The position numbers were made by a program, and so were the translations under genes. A DNA stretch of 57,073 nucleotides, the filler included, from Platydemus manokwari (taxonomy: Eukaryota), in the NCBI GenBank assembly GCA_037951405.1. It is 5 parts of 5 records of this genome, joined end to end, with 100 filler letters (N's around TTAATTAATTAA, not from the genome) between each part and the next. Parts side by side here need not be neighbours in the genome. Positions count along the whole stretch, not along the records: positions 1 to 11,796 come from JBBMOY010465554.1; positions 11,897 to 21,435 come from JBBMOY011235209.1; 3 more parts are not named here. The stretch is one strand, 5' to 3'. A model generated the notes under the pieces. That model was not told where the DNA came from, made no database searches, and saw only the letters and a list, made by a program, of their open reading frames with translations. Below are positions 1 through 12,809 of the stretch, one piece after another. Each line of letters opens with the position of its first letter. Positions within the stretch are counted from its first letter, which is position 1.

Positions 1-1126
1 AAGAATTAAGACAGTATCCATACAAAATGATAATTAGTAAAATCATAAACATACACAGGATAATAATAAACTAATATTATTAATATATTCTTAACACCAA
101 GGTAATAGCAACGTAAAAGAAAAATGCAAATCAATTCAAAAATTTTAGGAATCAGTCTTATGGATCAGTTAAATAGAATGTACTTTGGGTGGATTGAATT
201 TGGTTGTATTGATCATCAAATTGGGGTTTGTATTCCTGGAATGGTTTGTGCATTGTCGGAATGAAATTTTAAATATTTTTGAGCGATTGATATTTAGGTT
301 TATGTTAATTATAGTTGAGTGCGTTGTTGATATTTAAATTGGGAACTACCCTCAACACTATAAAATAAAACTTTAAAGGAAAACATACTGATCTGATGAA
401 GAAAAAGTCGTAGATCACGAATCTGTAATTAAATTTAAATAGGGATAATATTCGAATTATTATAGTTAAAGGTTTTAAAAATATAGTGTATTTAAAAATA
501 ATGATAATCTGTTTATAATAGTAAGTAATTCATTTATTAATTAATATTAATGATAATATTTAAAAATATAAAATCGGCGTTATTTATTGTGGCTATAAGC
601 CACCGGAATTTTTTGATTTATTTTTATTTATTGGTGTAATTAAAATCCGTTTCGTATTCCTTTAGCTTCGAAACTCAATGGAGTTTCAATAAATAATATC
701 AAGAAAACCTTTTAACCAACATTCCATCGGCTGTATTTGAACATTTTGTTTCGATAATTATAATATGAGTTTACTCTCAATTTTAAATTCGTGCAACTTA
801 TCGAATGTTTATTCGATTTTAATTTTGAAAACATGTTTGAACTCCATATTCCATTTTCTATCGTGTTATAAATAATTATTTATGAAGAGCACTGGAGTTT
901 TTTTGATATGTGGAGCTCATGGTAACCGATCATCAACCAGTTTATTATACAAAGTATGAAAAATTGTAAAATATCTTGGACCACCAAAAAAACATTTAAA
1001 ACATAAATCTAAATTTTTATTTTAAATAATTTTTCTCGATTCCTCTATGCTTTATTGGTAGCCATTTTTAGATTGCAAATTTAGATTATTTTTTAACATT
1101 TAATAAATATCATTATTTCGCAACAT

Positions 1127-1500
1127 TTAATAATCAGTATATTTTTTTATTTTTTCACCTATCTCAGGGGGAATCTGAAAGTGATTTAAAAAATTATTTC
1201 TTATTTGAAGGTTGTGTTGGTAAATACTTGTAGTGCTTAGTACTATAATATGCGGAAGTGATGCTATCTTCGCATGGGTCATGATAAATTTAATATAATA
1301 ATTTGTAAGACCCAAAAGCGATCTTAACTTTGATCTGCATTGTGGTTATTGAGCATTTGAGATTTGAACAATTTTATCAGTAATAGTTTTCAGTCTATTA
1401 ATTTCGATTTTAAAGAAAAAACATTCATATGGATTTTTCTTCAAATTATCTTCTCTGACTTTGAAATGTTGATGACTCACCTAAGGTCTTTCTTCTCAAA
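1127..1500 (-). mobile_element. Degenerate Ty3/gypsy pol fragment (end of RT / connection region)
   Basis: Minus-strand translation gives ...TDKIVQI...LRSLLGLTNYYIKFIMTHAKIASLP, matching the gypsy consensus LRSFLGLxNYYRxFIxxFAxIAxPL; stops and frameshifts upstream. Confidence 0.7.
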
Positions 1501-1931
1501 TCAATTTTGACACTGTATACATCCTAGAATTACTTTATTAATTTATTATGTAAAATTGGGAAAATGACAAACTCAAATTACTTATCTAAAGCCGTCATCA
1601 ATCAAAACTTCTGCTTTTATGTTCTACCAATTAATTGAGTTTCTTCTGGGCTTTTCAATTTTCTTCCAAAGTTCGTTATGATGCTAACGGATGTACTTCA
1701 TTTACACATCATTTATAATCTTATATTATCAACTAACATCACGTCATTTTTCTGATACATCAACGCACTTCTTTGTACATTTAGTTATTATTATCATCAC
1801 ATCATATTGATCCATCTCCAATGACGAATTGTAAGCAATGTGTCATCATGTGTTTTATCTTCATCATCACCATAACAATGGCTTCCAATTTCGTTGTAGA
1901 TACATAAAATACACCTTTCTGTTAATTCATA

Positions 1932-1954
1932 ATATATATATATATATATATATA
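1932..1954. repeat. (AT)n microsatellite
   Basis: Direct read of the sequence. Confidence 0.85.
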
Positions 1955-2688
1955 TGTCTGTATTATATATACATCCAAAGTATAATTCTTTTATTGTGTT
2001 ATCATGAATACGGAAATTAGTAAGTATTAAGGTAACATTATTTATCATCATTAACTCTGAATTTGGATCTTTAACAACACCATCAATTTAATAATAAATA
2101 ATGGTAAATTTTCTAATAATGCTTAATTTTAATTTAATCAAATAGTTGATTGTAGAGCTTGATTTTTGTTTTATTTTATAATCAAATTCCTTATCTTTCG
2201 TATTCTTCTACGGAAAAATTCTCAAAATGACAGGTATATATATTGTTAATATTTTTCAAATGTTTCTTCAGTATGACATTTCATAGAGGTAGTCTATAGT
2301 CGACTCATTTTCTTATGGATTTAAATATTTGATTGCATAAATATTGATAAAAATTCTAATTCAAATTGATTGACATATTGAGGTGGTGTACGGCCAGCGA
2401 TTTTCTTGTATACTGAGTTTAATAAACATCATGTTAGCACAAAGAAATGTCTCAGAAAATAAAATGCACGCCAGATTAAAAACTTTGACATGGTGTATAC
2501 AATTTATTGAAATATTTAGTTTACACTTGACATTAATGAATGATATAAACAACGTTATTGAATATTATTGATTAATTTGAAAATAAAATAAAATATTAAA
2601 AATATTTGAAATTGTTGAATACCGATGAATTTAATTGAATGATCATATTTATTTGGATTATTTATTTGTGAAACTGAGAATATTTATT

Positions 2689-3603
2689 ATGATTTTGTGG
2701 ATATTTTCTCTTTCAATAATAGCTATCACATATGGTTGGGTAACCAGAACAAATTCAGTTTGCTTTCCAGATTCTTTGCTCTCATTTTGCAAAGCGACTT
2801 TTAAACAAACAAATGATTCTTATGAGACCAACCTAGTATTAAATTTTATTGAATTATACATTGACGATGTACGCATTTTTGCAGCATATCCTTGGACGGC
2901 TTATGAACCGGATCGAAATTATACACATGACGAATTTGGTTGGTTTTTCATTAGAAGCAACATGTCACAATTTATATTCTCCATTGAATTTCCTTATAAT
3001 AAACTTAAATATTATTTGGGATCAGAAATAGTTGTTTATTATAATTCCGCGACAGAAAATACTGCAATACTTATACTTTATGAAACAATAATGTTCTTTG
3101 AGTCACCTCAATTCAACTTGGAACTTCTATTAATTTTTGATCCACCTAATCAAGTTGAATATGATCAACTTCTGACGATAAATTGCAGTTATAATTCTGA
3201 GTTTAAGAAAATATCAGAAAGCATCAATATAATAGCTCCAGATGAGTTTTATGTTGTCGATAGCTATGAGTCACCTACGAAGTCGTTGAAAAGTGTTAAA
3301 TATAAAGCTCAAGAAAAACCCGGCAATACACAAAAATTTAAAACTTTTAAAATTACTTGTCAACTTTTAGAAATAATTGAATTCAAGTACGTTAATGTGA
3401 AATCCAACAAAATGGACATGCTTATAACCAATAGAGCCATCTTGTTTTATATTTTACTGAGTATTTTGTTGCTCTGTGTATTTGTTTATGTATTCACTTA
3501 TTATGTTTTTGTTTTCAAGGTAGAAGTATCGGTATCAGAAAATTCCGTTAATTCCTCAGATTTCACTGGTTCAAATCCTAACCCAGATATTCGATATTTT
3601 TGA
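2689..3603 (+). CDS. Intronless secreted-type / type I membrane protein of unknown family (~304 aa)
   Basis: 915-nt open frame in very AT-rich DNA from ATG 2689; N-terminal signal-like MILWIFSLSIIAITYG; several N-x-S/T sequons; C-terminal hydrophobic helix (AILFYILLSILLLCVFVYVFTYYVFVF) and short Ser/Asn-rich tail. Confidence 0.75.
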   Translation: MILWIFSLSIIAITYGWVTRTNSVCFPDSLLSFCKATFKQTNDSYETNLVLNFIELYIDDVRIFAAYPWTAYEPDRNYTHDEFGWFFIRSNMSQFIFSIEFPYNKLKYYLGSEIVVYYNSATENTAILILYETIMFFESPQFNLELLLIFDPPNQVEYDQLLTINCSYNSEFKKISESINIIAPDEFYVVDSYESPTKSLKSVKYKAQEKPGNTQKFKTFKITCQLLEIIEFKYVNVKSNKMDMLITNRAILFYILLSILLLCVFVYVFTYYVFVFKVEVSVSENSVNSSDFTGSNPNPDIRYF

Positions 3604-4755
3604 TATTTTACAATTAAGTGATTAGAAACTTATAATAATACGATAGGGAAAATAATACATTCAATGTGAAAATCAAAGGACAGCGATATGATTAGACAAT
3701 CAAATGTTTAATCGAAATAAATTTGATTATCAAATTTAAAAATTTTAAATCTATCATTTGGTTATTACAAATTAATGTACGATCTCGTCATTTAATAAAA
3801 TTCTTTAATTGGGATACTTTTAAATAGCCTGTGTTTAATCTTTAAAAATATTCAAAATTCAGTTTTAATATCTTAACATAAATATTTTATATAATGAATA
3901 ATTGCTCAATGAAAAATCGCATAAAACCAAAGATTTATATAATTATTTTATTGAAATTATTATTGGGTTTTTATTTGTTATAATTATATAAAAATCTAAA
4001 CACCGAGAGTTCGTTTTACATTAAATATGAAATATTTGCTATTTAATATATCCTACTCAATAAGATAAATAACAAACAATACTTTTATTGAATAACTACT
4101 TTTAAATAATGAAATAATTTGATATGCAATTAATTGAAAATCAAGAATAATGTTCCATTTCTTCAATTTAGTTGTAGACTATAATAAGATCTCTTGATGA
4201 TTCTTCCTTTCCCTCTTTGTGTCGTCGATAATCTAGTTAGATTACATTAACAATATCCAGTATCTCAGAGTCATAATTATTTCATTCAATCTTTACAAGA
4301 TCCTTCATACTTTGACTAAATCTCAATTTGCTAGTTTCCTCAAGGTCGAGTTCTATTTCTTGATCGCATTCTTCTGAATCCATCGTGTCTATCGCACTAT
4401 CCACTGCACTCATACACTGACGTTTTAGCAGTGTTTCTGCTTTATATTTTAAGCGCTCTCAATTTCGTAATGAGCTTTATGAATTCATATTGTCTAACTC
4501 CTGGTATCACATGTTCATTCTTATTTCCATTCTTCTTTCTAATTTTCGTTTAACTCATTCTCCTTCTGGTTAAATCAACATCCTAGCACAATTATGCAAA
4601 ATTTGAAGATATTCAATAGTTCCCATTAAAATCAATGCTGTCAGGTCATTGTAAAGATTATAAAGTCTGGCTGAACTGATATTTTGTCGATTTCAACATT
4701 TTGTTCATTGTAGATCAGCTTGGTGCTTCTTTCTATTCATAAGTTTTGTTGGGTA

Positions 4756-5293
4756 TGTCACAAATCAGTTAAAATGGTTCCAAGAACAAAAGAAAAACCC
4801 TAAAAAAGGTCAATACACACAATACCCATAAACACACGTGTTAACCAATCATATTCGTCTTAATGTTAATCCATATTTAGAAGCTAAGAATTGACAGGCA
4901 CATGCTTACAAACAACATCAAGCTCAAATATCCACTAATGACATGAGAGATATAAGGAAAATCTCAAGTAAATCGATCCATAAACAAATTTAGCAAATTG
5001 AAAATAAAGATCCGTGACATCAAGCAGACACACCCAATGGATCTATAAAAGGAGTTCAATTTCATGGATCCTTGCCAGTCTTTTTTGGTAGGTAACTTTA
5101 GTGCTTAGCTTACATGTGATTTCAGTAATCAGTCTTTTTGATTACTCTTCATTCTGTTCGGGCGCTGATCCCATCTTGAATGATTTTCTTTGTGATTTGT
5201 GAAAAGATTTGTTATTGTTATTATTGAGACTTTGAGTGTATTATTTTAGTTAACATAGATTTTCAAATTCAAATTGTTGTTAATAACATAACA
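4756..5293. repeat. Dispersed ~0.5 kb repeat, possible solo LTR (copy 1)
   Basis: Alignable by eye in inverted orientation to 39359-39863 (shared blocks such as TGACATCAAGCAGACACAC, ATAAGGAAAATCTCAAGT, TGTGATTTCAGTAA, TTATTATTGAGACTTTGA); begins TG, ends CA, contains CTATAAAAG; no clear target-site duplication. Confidence 0.65.
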
Positions 5294-8200
5294 AATGCAA
5301 TGACGACCTTCCAATGATATCTTTCTTGGTAAATTGTCATTAATATTATAAAAAAACTGAATACACTGCACCTCAATTCTCTTAATAGTTAATTCAAATA
5401 AATGCCTCATTTGACAGATTTTATTATTACTGTTATGTTACAAACGGTACTGTAGTGGTATTTTTGTTTTCAGAAATACGTATAAAAAGTTCTTGAATTT
5501 TAGAATATATTTTAAAGTAGATGGTAAATTGAAGATATTTTAATGGAAAATTATTTTAAATAAAATTAATCTCCATTAATAATGGCTATAAAATATTTAT
5601 GTTCAGAGAAAAATTTATCATTCGATTACTTTTAATTTTTCTAGGTTCTTCACATTTAGTCAAATTAACAATATCGGTTGTTCCAAAATAGAAATGTGTT
5701 CACAGTAAAGTGTTTCGATTAAAGCCGAGATTATATAAATGATTTAAACGACATGAACTAATATATTGTCTCGTTAGGAGTTACAATAGCACAAAATATA
5801 GATACAGCTTGAAATTATCAGATAATTTAACATGCTAACTAAATTTAAACGATTTAATTACATAGAATAAATAAATTATGGTTGCGTGCATTTCATTTAA
5901 AATGGACACAGAAATGTAAATGAATATATTTGTCTATAAATTAAATTACGTCCAATTGTGAGACCAATTTGAATTTTAAATTAAATATGGAATGTTTTTG
6001 AAGTAATCTTTAGTATTTTATACATTCAACAAAACAAGAAAATAAAATAAGAATACCATTAGTTGAGATTACATTGAATCAAAAATATATATCTAACATA
6101 TATGTTATGTTCAACTAAATACCTGTGTACGAATTTTTTAAATTATATTCATTTATTTAGTATTTCATACTATTTATTGGTTATGTTAAGAAAAAGGGGT
6201 CCTTTGATCTACTTTTGAAATAATTAATTTTCGCGCATGAGACAAATTCGTAAATAAATTTTATATATAATTGCGATGTTTGATTTATTCGTATAATTAA
6301 ATTAATAGCTCACTTTTTTGGATGTCGAATAGAGACAAAACATAGTTTTAAAACCAAGTTCCCACTCTAATCACATCACTTCTACATTGTTATTTGAGTT
6401 TTTAAATTTAAATTTTTTAATTATAAATCGAGTTAGTTAATTACAGATATGTTTAATAATATCACTGCTTGTTTTATAAAATAATTGTATAAATTGATAA
6501 TATCTCGCAATTTCCTTCTAATGTTAAAAATGGATCCTCGATAATTTTCAATAAAATGCAATTCGACTTACTTTGATTTGTTTTTCAAATAATCAAGTTT
6601 TAGGAAATTTTGAAGAGCTAATGTATTTAAGGTTTGATTTCAAATAACTAAAATTCTTCTTAGAAACTAAATCAAAAATTTCAAATATTTTTAAAGAAAA
6701 TAATTAAATAAACTATATACATTTTTGCAACACACTCAAGTAATTAAAAATTTTATTTTAGGACCCATTTTCTTAACTTTGCCTTTTTAAAAATTTTGTG
6801 AATGCTATTTTCCATGTAAATACCCAAGATATTTTGAAGAAATTAATAAAACCACACATATGGTATTAATGAGAAAGAAAGACTAAAATTAGATACACTT
6901 TAATGTTCTGTTCTTTAGAAATTCCAAAAATTAAGCTGTTTTCTAGTCAAATAATTCCAATTATAATAATAACAAATAAAATGCTAAAGCTCCAAATTTA
7001 ACCCAGTAATTTGTCGGACATTCAGTGCAGGTGAAATAAATTTAAATTGACAATCAATAAATAACTAAGGCTTGTAACTACAACGATACAAATGTCCATA
7101 ACTCACAAATTTTTAATTCTTCGCTGTTTTTATGTGTTTATCTAATCGGTATATAATTGCTTCAGGCATGTATATTGATCGTAATTTATTTCTTATTCTG
7201 TAGGTTTGTCTCTCTAAACAATATTTTTTATATAATTTTGAAGGATATCTTGCATATAAAATTATATATTTCCAAATTAACTTCTCAGCAGCCCATCGAC
7301 CCTTACAATTATTCCTTTATTAATTAATTTTGTTTGAATTTTAAGACTTGAACGTGACCATATATGTTTTTTTGCCATTATCTTTTTTTGTGATATTTTG
7401 CATTTCCCCTCTACATGGATAACCTTATGTTGTAATGCTACTTCTATTGTGCTTATTGTTTCCTGACTTATATTTTCTGATCTCAATATTCCTATTATCA
7501 TCCTTATTAGTTTTATTTCAAAAGTTTCACACCGATTTTTTCACCAATTTATCATAATTATTTGATTTTCTATAACACCATTCCTTGGTCTCTTATCTAT
7601 TGATATTACAAACAATTGATATAAATTGATTATTTTTATAATTTTTTCTCTTGTTGTCATTTTATTTTTTATAACTATTTGTTTTAAAATAATTATTTTT
7701 CTCAAATATTTTTATTTCATTAATAGGTATTGGAAATATTATTCCTTCTATATTATATCAGTACTTATTAGATTATATCAGTACTGATTTTTTATAATAA
7801 TAAAAGGAAGTGTAGTTTTACCTATTAGTCACTGCAGTTCTTTTTATCATTTTAGTATCATCTTATAACCTTGTAATGGTGGAAATGTTGTTGATATTAA
7901 AATATTAATTAGAAAACACTATAATGGATTTTGGGATTTATAATCTTTATCCAAAAAACTATTTCGATTAAGACTAATCTGGTGTTAAATCAAATCAACC
8001 TCTCGATATATCAGTATATTTAATAAACCAAATACAAAGCTTTATATAGAATAACCCCTATTGAAATCAAAGTAAATTGTAAAACTATTTAATGTTTTAC
8101 AATAATTAAAATAATGTATAAATTGAATTAATTACCAGACAAACACTTTATATTACAATTATTCAACCAAATGATTTTAACTCAAATGATTTTATGGTTG

Positions 8201-10228
8201 AAAGTGGCAAATTCAGTTTCTCTTATTCGTAGAATTTCCGATTCAAGTTTTCTTGTCGAAGTTTTTGAGAAATATTTTAATTTTTTCAGTCTATGTATTC
8301 CACTTAAGAAACTTAAAATAGTTTTATTTTTCCACTTTAATTTAAGAATTAATTTTATCAAAAATTAATTCTATTTATTTTATGATTTTTAGAAAATTCA
8401 AGTTACTTATTTTATTAAATTCTAAATTTTAGAAATTCTGAAAATCTTTAGATAATTCCAATATACTCGTTGTAACAATTCAATAGTTAATTGCTATGTC
8501 GAATTTTAGAAATTATTTTTTTTAGTTCGCTTAAACAATTCTAAATTTTTGTATTTGATTCGTTATTATTATTTTAGGTGCTTTATAGATAATTTGGCCG
8601 TTTCGGGCTTGGAGCCACAGCATAAAATACTGTCCCAATTGCCTACATTATATAGGTCTATTCTTTCAGTTTTGTCTTGAGTGCTAATGCTTGGGATGTC
8701 TTCCTCTCTCTGTTCCCTTTGTCTACAAAGAAGAGTGCCCAATTGTGACAAAGCAAGAATAAATAAATTTAATAGTCATTATTCCCCAATGTTCATCCGA
8801 GCTTGAGAAATTGGTTAGATATAATAAGAGTAATCTCAAGAATAGTTTGACTGGAGAATTCATAAAAAAATAATTGGAAATTAAGGTACATTGGATGTCA
8901 TCAATAATAAATTGATAGAAAATTGTAAAATCATTGAAGTTTGGTGAAATAGTCCAATTAAAAATAAATTTATCGTTAATGCCTATGATTATTAACTTTA
9001 AGTCTTTAGTTAACAAGGTAAAAAAAATTAATGAATGAACTACAGAGCACCATTTAAAAAATTATTAAAATAACAATGAACTGAATAATAAATTTCGTCA
9101 AAGTTTAGTTGAAATAGTAAAATTAGAGATTAATAATTCAATAGCATTGAAAGTACCAAAGAGCTAGGAAAAGTTAATAAAACATAGTTAAATTAAAATT
9201 AAAATAATTTGAAGAAATTGATTGAAGAATACGAAATTTAAAATTAAGAAATGACAATAAATAAATGGTTCGTTGAAATTAACTAATATTTGAATAGATA
9301 TATTGAAGCCACTTAGAGCAATAATTCTTTTTTCGACATATGCTATAAATGAATAAAATTTAAATCATTTTCCATAATTTCAATTAGAACTTTATGGATT
9401 TTTAAAAAATAAGTTTGAATATTCAAAAAATGTACTGAAAGAACAAGTTAAAAGTATTATTAAAATTCTGAAATCTGAAATTCAAATAAATTGATAAATA
9501 CTTTTGTATTCATTTGAGTTTATTATCACTTATTTTTATACAAAAATTGATTTAAAATATTTGCTCTTTAATTTTTTTAAAATCAAGTTTCAATATTATG
9601 ATATATAGAAAATATTGTCTAAAATGATAAATGAAATAAAATGTTACAAGAAACTATAATAATATTTAAGTATTGCTGTATCAAATCGGAATTATGTATG
9701 ATATACCGGATATATAATCTGTTCTGAATCTTGAGATTTTCTGATTTGAACATCAGTCTTAGTAATTACATGTTAGGATACAATAGCAAAATTGTGAAAA
9801 CACTATGTATTTTCCTTTCACCACATTTATAACTTTTATACTATAATAAATGTGAATAAAATTTTAAAGCATTACCCACCAAATACATTCTAAAAGCACC
9901 ACTTTTAATTTTATGATTTAACATTTTATAAGTATAAAAATTCAAGGTAAGTTCCTAGCTAATTTTATATTGTATGAATAATCTCTTTACACATTAAACT
10001 TATTTAAAACAAAAAAATGATCATGAAATAATAAATTTCAAATTAATATTATATAACTATCATTGCTAAACCGAAAAGAAATAATACAACAAATCAATAT
10101 ATAATGTTGGAAAATTATTATTCAAATGAACAATTTTCATTGTGATAAGTAGGTTTTATCATGATGATGCTATCAGAGATTTACCATAATTGTTAACAAA
10201 ATGTGTTGATTAATAATTTCATAATTCT

Positions 10229-11005
10229 TTACGACACTCGTCTCCATGACTTGATAACATGCTTAAAGGAGTGCGTCAACCATTGTTGTTCCAGTAATTT
10301 AAATCTTCGAGTATTGATAAATAGTGGTCGCCCTCTTCTAACAAATAATAAAATGTAAACAAATTTGAAGTCGTAATAAAATTACTTTAATTCAAGATCT
10401 TCTTCACCGTAAAAGTCCAGATAAACTGATCCCCACTGACTGATTTCATTATTTAGTAATACATGAATAATTGATGTATTTACATCAATGATTAAACCAA
10501 CACCGTAGCAGCATGATTTCGTATGCTATATGTCAAATAATAATTTTTTAACAAATGAACTATTAGTATTTTTAAGTGACAAATCAATCTTTATGAATCT
10601 TATTGTTTGTAAAATGATTGCTCTGTTGAGATTAATAAAATCAGTACATAGAATAAATGCTGTTTCACATTGATTTATATTAAATTAGCATCAATGTGTC
10701 ATTCGTAATATTTTGATTTTAATAAATTGAAATTAAATTATAAAATAAGTCATAAATTATTCCCAAGTTTTTCAAAATTGTTCAGAAACCAAAACAAATA
10801 CATAAATAAATGAGTCTTATGAGAATATCTTAAAAACATTAAAAAAAATCAAACCCTCGATAACAAATCCTAGATTCACTAGTTTGTGATCTACAGTTTA
10901 AATATAAGAAATTATTTTTATTATCTTTATCCTTACATAAGAGATTAATATCGAATAAAATAATAAAAACAACTATGAAAACACACACATTTAAGAAGCG
11001 TATTC

Positions 11006-11044
<39 letters not shown>

Positions 11045-11524
11045 TCGATTATAGCTTCATGAAACACACCGGTATTCAATTATAGATTTTTCGGTACAAT
11101 AAGCAACATGTGTGACGGTCAATATTTATAAATATAAACATTTATTTAACTCCATTGTCAAAACAGACTTTATTCAATTGATTAAAGTCAAATCACGGGG
11201 AACAAACAAGAAATGAAGAACACTGGTCTTAGAGGGTTAAGGTTTTGTCTTTCTTTAACTTCTTTAAATATAAACTTTTAATCTGTTTGAGTTGTTATAT
11301 ATATATATGCTTACTTCATTGAACGCTATAGGCATACTTTCACAGATCAAACAAATTAATTTCCCGCAAATCAGACAAAGACCATTTTCGGGAAAATTAT
11401 GTGGAGGTATCTTCAAAGCATTGGCACATTTTTCTGAATGATAAGTGTTGAAAAGATCGTCATAGCTATTGGGTAAATCTTTTAACTTAGGAGGAAACAG
11501 TTCATTACCAATGTTGAGAATATT
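10229..11524 (-). CDS. UBR3: E3 ubiquitin ligase UBR3-like (UBR1/2/3 family), last three exons; 5' part absent (contig ends)
   Basis: Exons 11524-11315, 10525-10386, 10337-10229 with GT-AG introns splice in frame to ...PKLKDLPNSYDDLFNTYHSEKC...CLICGKLIC...HTKSCCYGVGLIIDVNTSII...[41 protein letters not shown]...*. The WGSVYLDxxGEEDxxLxRGxPL and LEQQWxxH motifs are characteristic of the UBR3 C-terminal domain. Not shown in the ORF track. Confidence 0.9.
11008..11041. repeat. (AT)n microsatellite in UBR3-like intron
   Basis: Direct read of the sequence. Confidence 0.9.
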
Positions 11525-11796
11525 CTGAAAAAAATTATTAAATCAAAATTAATTTTCGAAAATTTTAAATTCCATGTATTCTATCAAGAAATATTTAGAT
11601 TAGATGTGTGGAATTCACGCTACTCAAAATTGAATCGTAGCGGCCTTTTATTGATAAAGATTAGCATTGTAAGTGATTCAAGCACTGTTGTAAAATTCTG
11701 TTCGTGTCAATTTTTTGTATTTCAAGCATTGAATTTCAGAATAAAAATAAGAGATATACGACTATATTAGATCAAATTGTGAATAATGTAGTATAT

Positions 11797-11896
11797 NNNN
11801 NNNNNNNNNNNNNNNNNNNNNNNNNNNNNNNNNNNNNNNNTTAATTAATTAANNNNNNNNNNNNNNNNNNNNNNNNNNNNNNNNNNNNNNNNNNNN
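11797..11896. other. Artificial contig spacer N44-TTAATTAATTAA-N44
   Basis: Identical 100-nt linker occurs four times; TTAATTAATTAA places stops in all six frames. Confidence 0.97.
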
Positions 11897-12329
11897 TAAT
11901 GATAATGAATCAACATTATAATATTAATAATGATATTAATTATAATTTTAGTGACAAGATAAGCGATATTTCGATTATAGCAAATATTTATGTTGTAAAT
12001 AAAACAAAAAAATACAATAAATTATAAAAAGTTATTATAATAATTATTAAAATAAATATCAATGTAAAATACTTATATTATATAATTATAACAATATTAT
12101 GAAAACCTTCAAATGACAGACAAGAGAAAATGAGAAACAATGTTTTAGTTGTCATAAAATATCGAATAAGCCATTTGAATATAATTAATTATATTTATAA
12201 TTGCATCCTAGAAGTATATTTCGAGTAAATGTACATAGAAGTTGTTACATGGCCTTTGTCAATTTGTGTGTGATCAATTCCACATTTAATATAGAAACAA
12301 CAAGAATACTACAAAAATCGTTATAAAAG

Positions 12330-12670
12330 AAATGAATATCAAAATAAGAACATTAATAAACAATGTGGTTTTGGATATATTAAAATGTTGGACTGCGCTC
12401 CAACAGGACTCAGTTCTGTCACATATCTGCCGACTATTGCTTTCTAAGGATTTGTATTGGCCATCAGGAAAATATTTCAAAATAGCTCCAAGATCACACA
12501 ATGTAACGGTATGTGTGTAAAAGAGATGGTGTATCAAATTCCTCTGAACATGAACTTTGCAGTGTACTCAAGGACCTAGAATTTTGTCGAGAGGTATGCT
12601 CCAGAATTGTGAAATCCGTTTTTGTATTAATAAAAATTGTGGAGAGTTAAAAAATTAGTAAATGGAAGTC
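12330..12670 (+). mobile_element. Possible degenerate Ty3/gypsy pol fragment (RNase H-integrase linker)
   Basis: QQDSVLSHICRLL...WP...YF...VTV resembles the Q-x-D-x-x-L...W...Y...L-T-V segment preceding the integrase zinc-binding domain; followed by stops. Confidence 0.4.
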
Positions 12671-12809
12671 TTTATAAAACGTGTCTTTAAGGATTCATTG
12701 AGGAACATCTTGGATATATATTTAATTTTTAAATTATTGGCATTGTATTTTTAATGTTATATCAATTGTTATACTTATTATACAATATTAATAATGTTGT
12801 TTTGTGAAG

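Noticed and set aside
8569-9016. Two overlapping minus-strand ORFs (97 and 60 aa)
   Set aside because: No recognisable motif, non-ATG starts, and no consistent splice model found.
7277-9500. Lys/Glu/Ile-rich broken frames suggestive of decayed viral or Polinton-like DNA
   Set aside because: No diagnostic motif identified; compatible with generic AT-rich decayed sequence.
11841-11852. Palindromic TTAATTAATTAA repeated four times between N runs
   Set aside because: Standard artificial six-frame-stop linker, not a biological motif.
12286-12537. Minus-strand ORF with hydrophobic tail as a possible UBR3 exon, or its plus strand as a ZIP exon
   Set aside because: No similarity to either protein; the plus-strand frame looks more like decayed retroelement pol.
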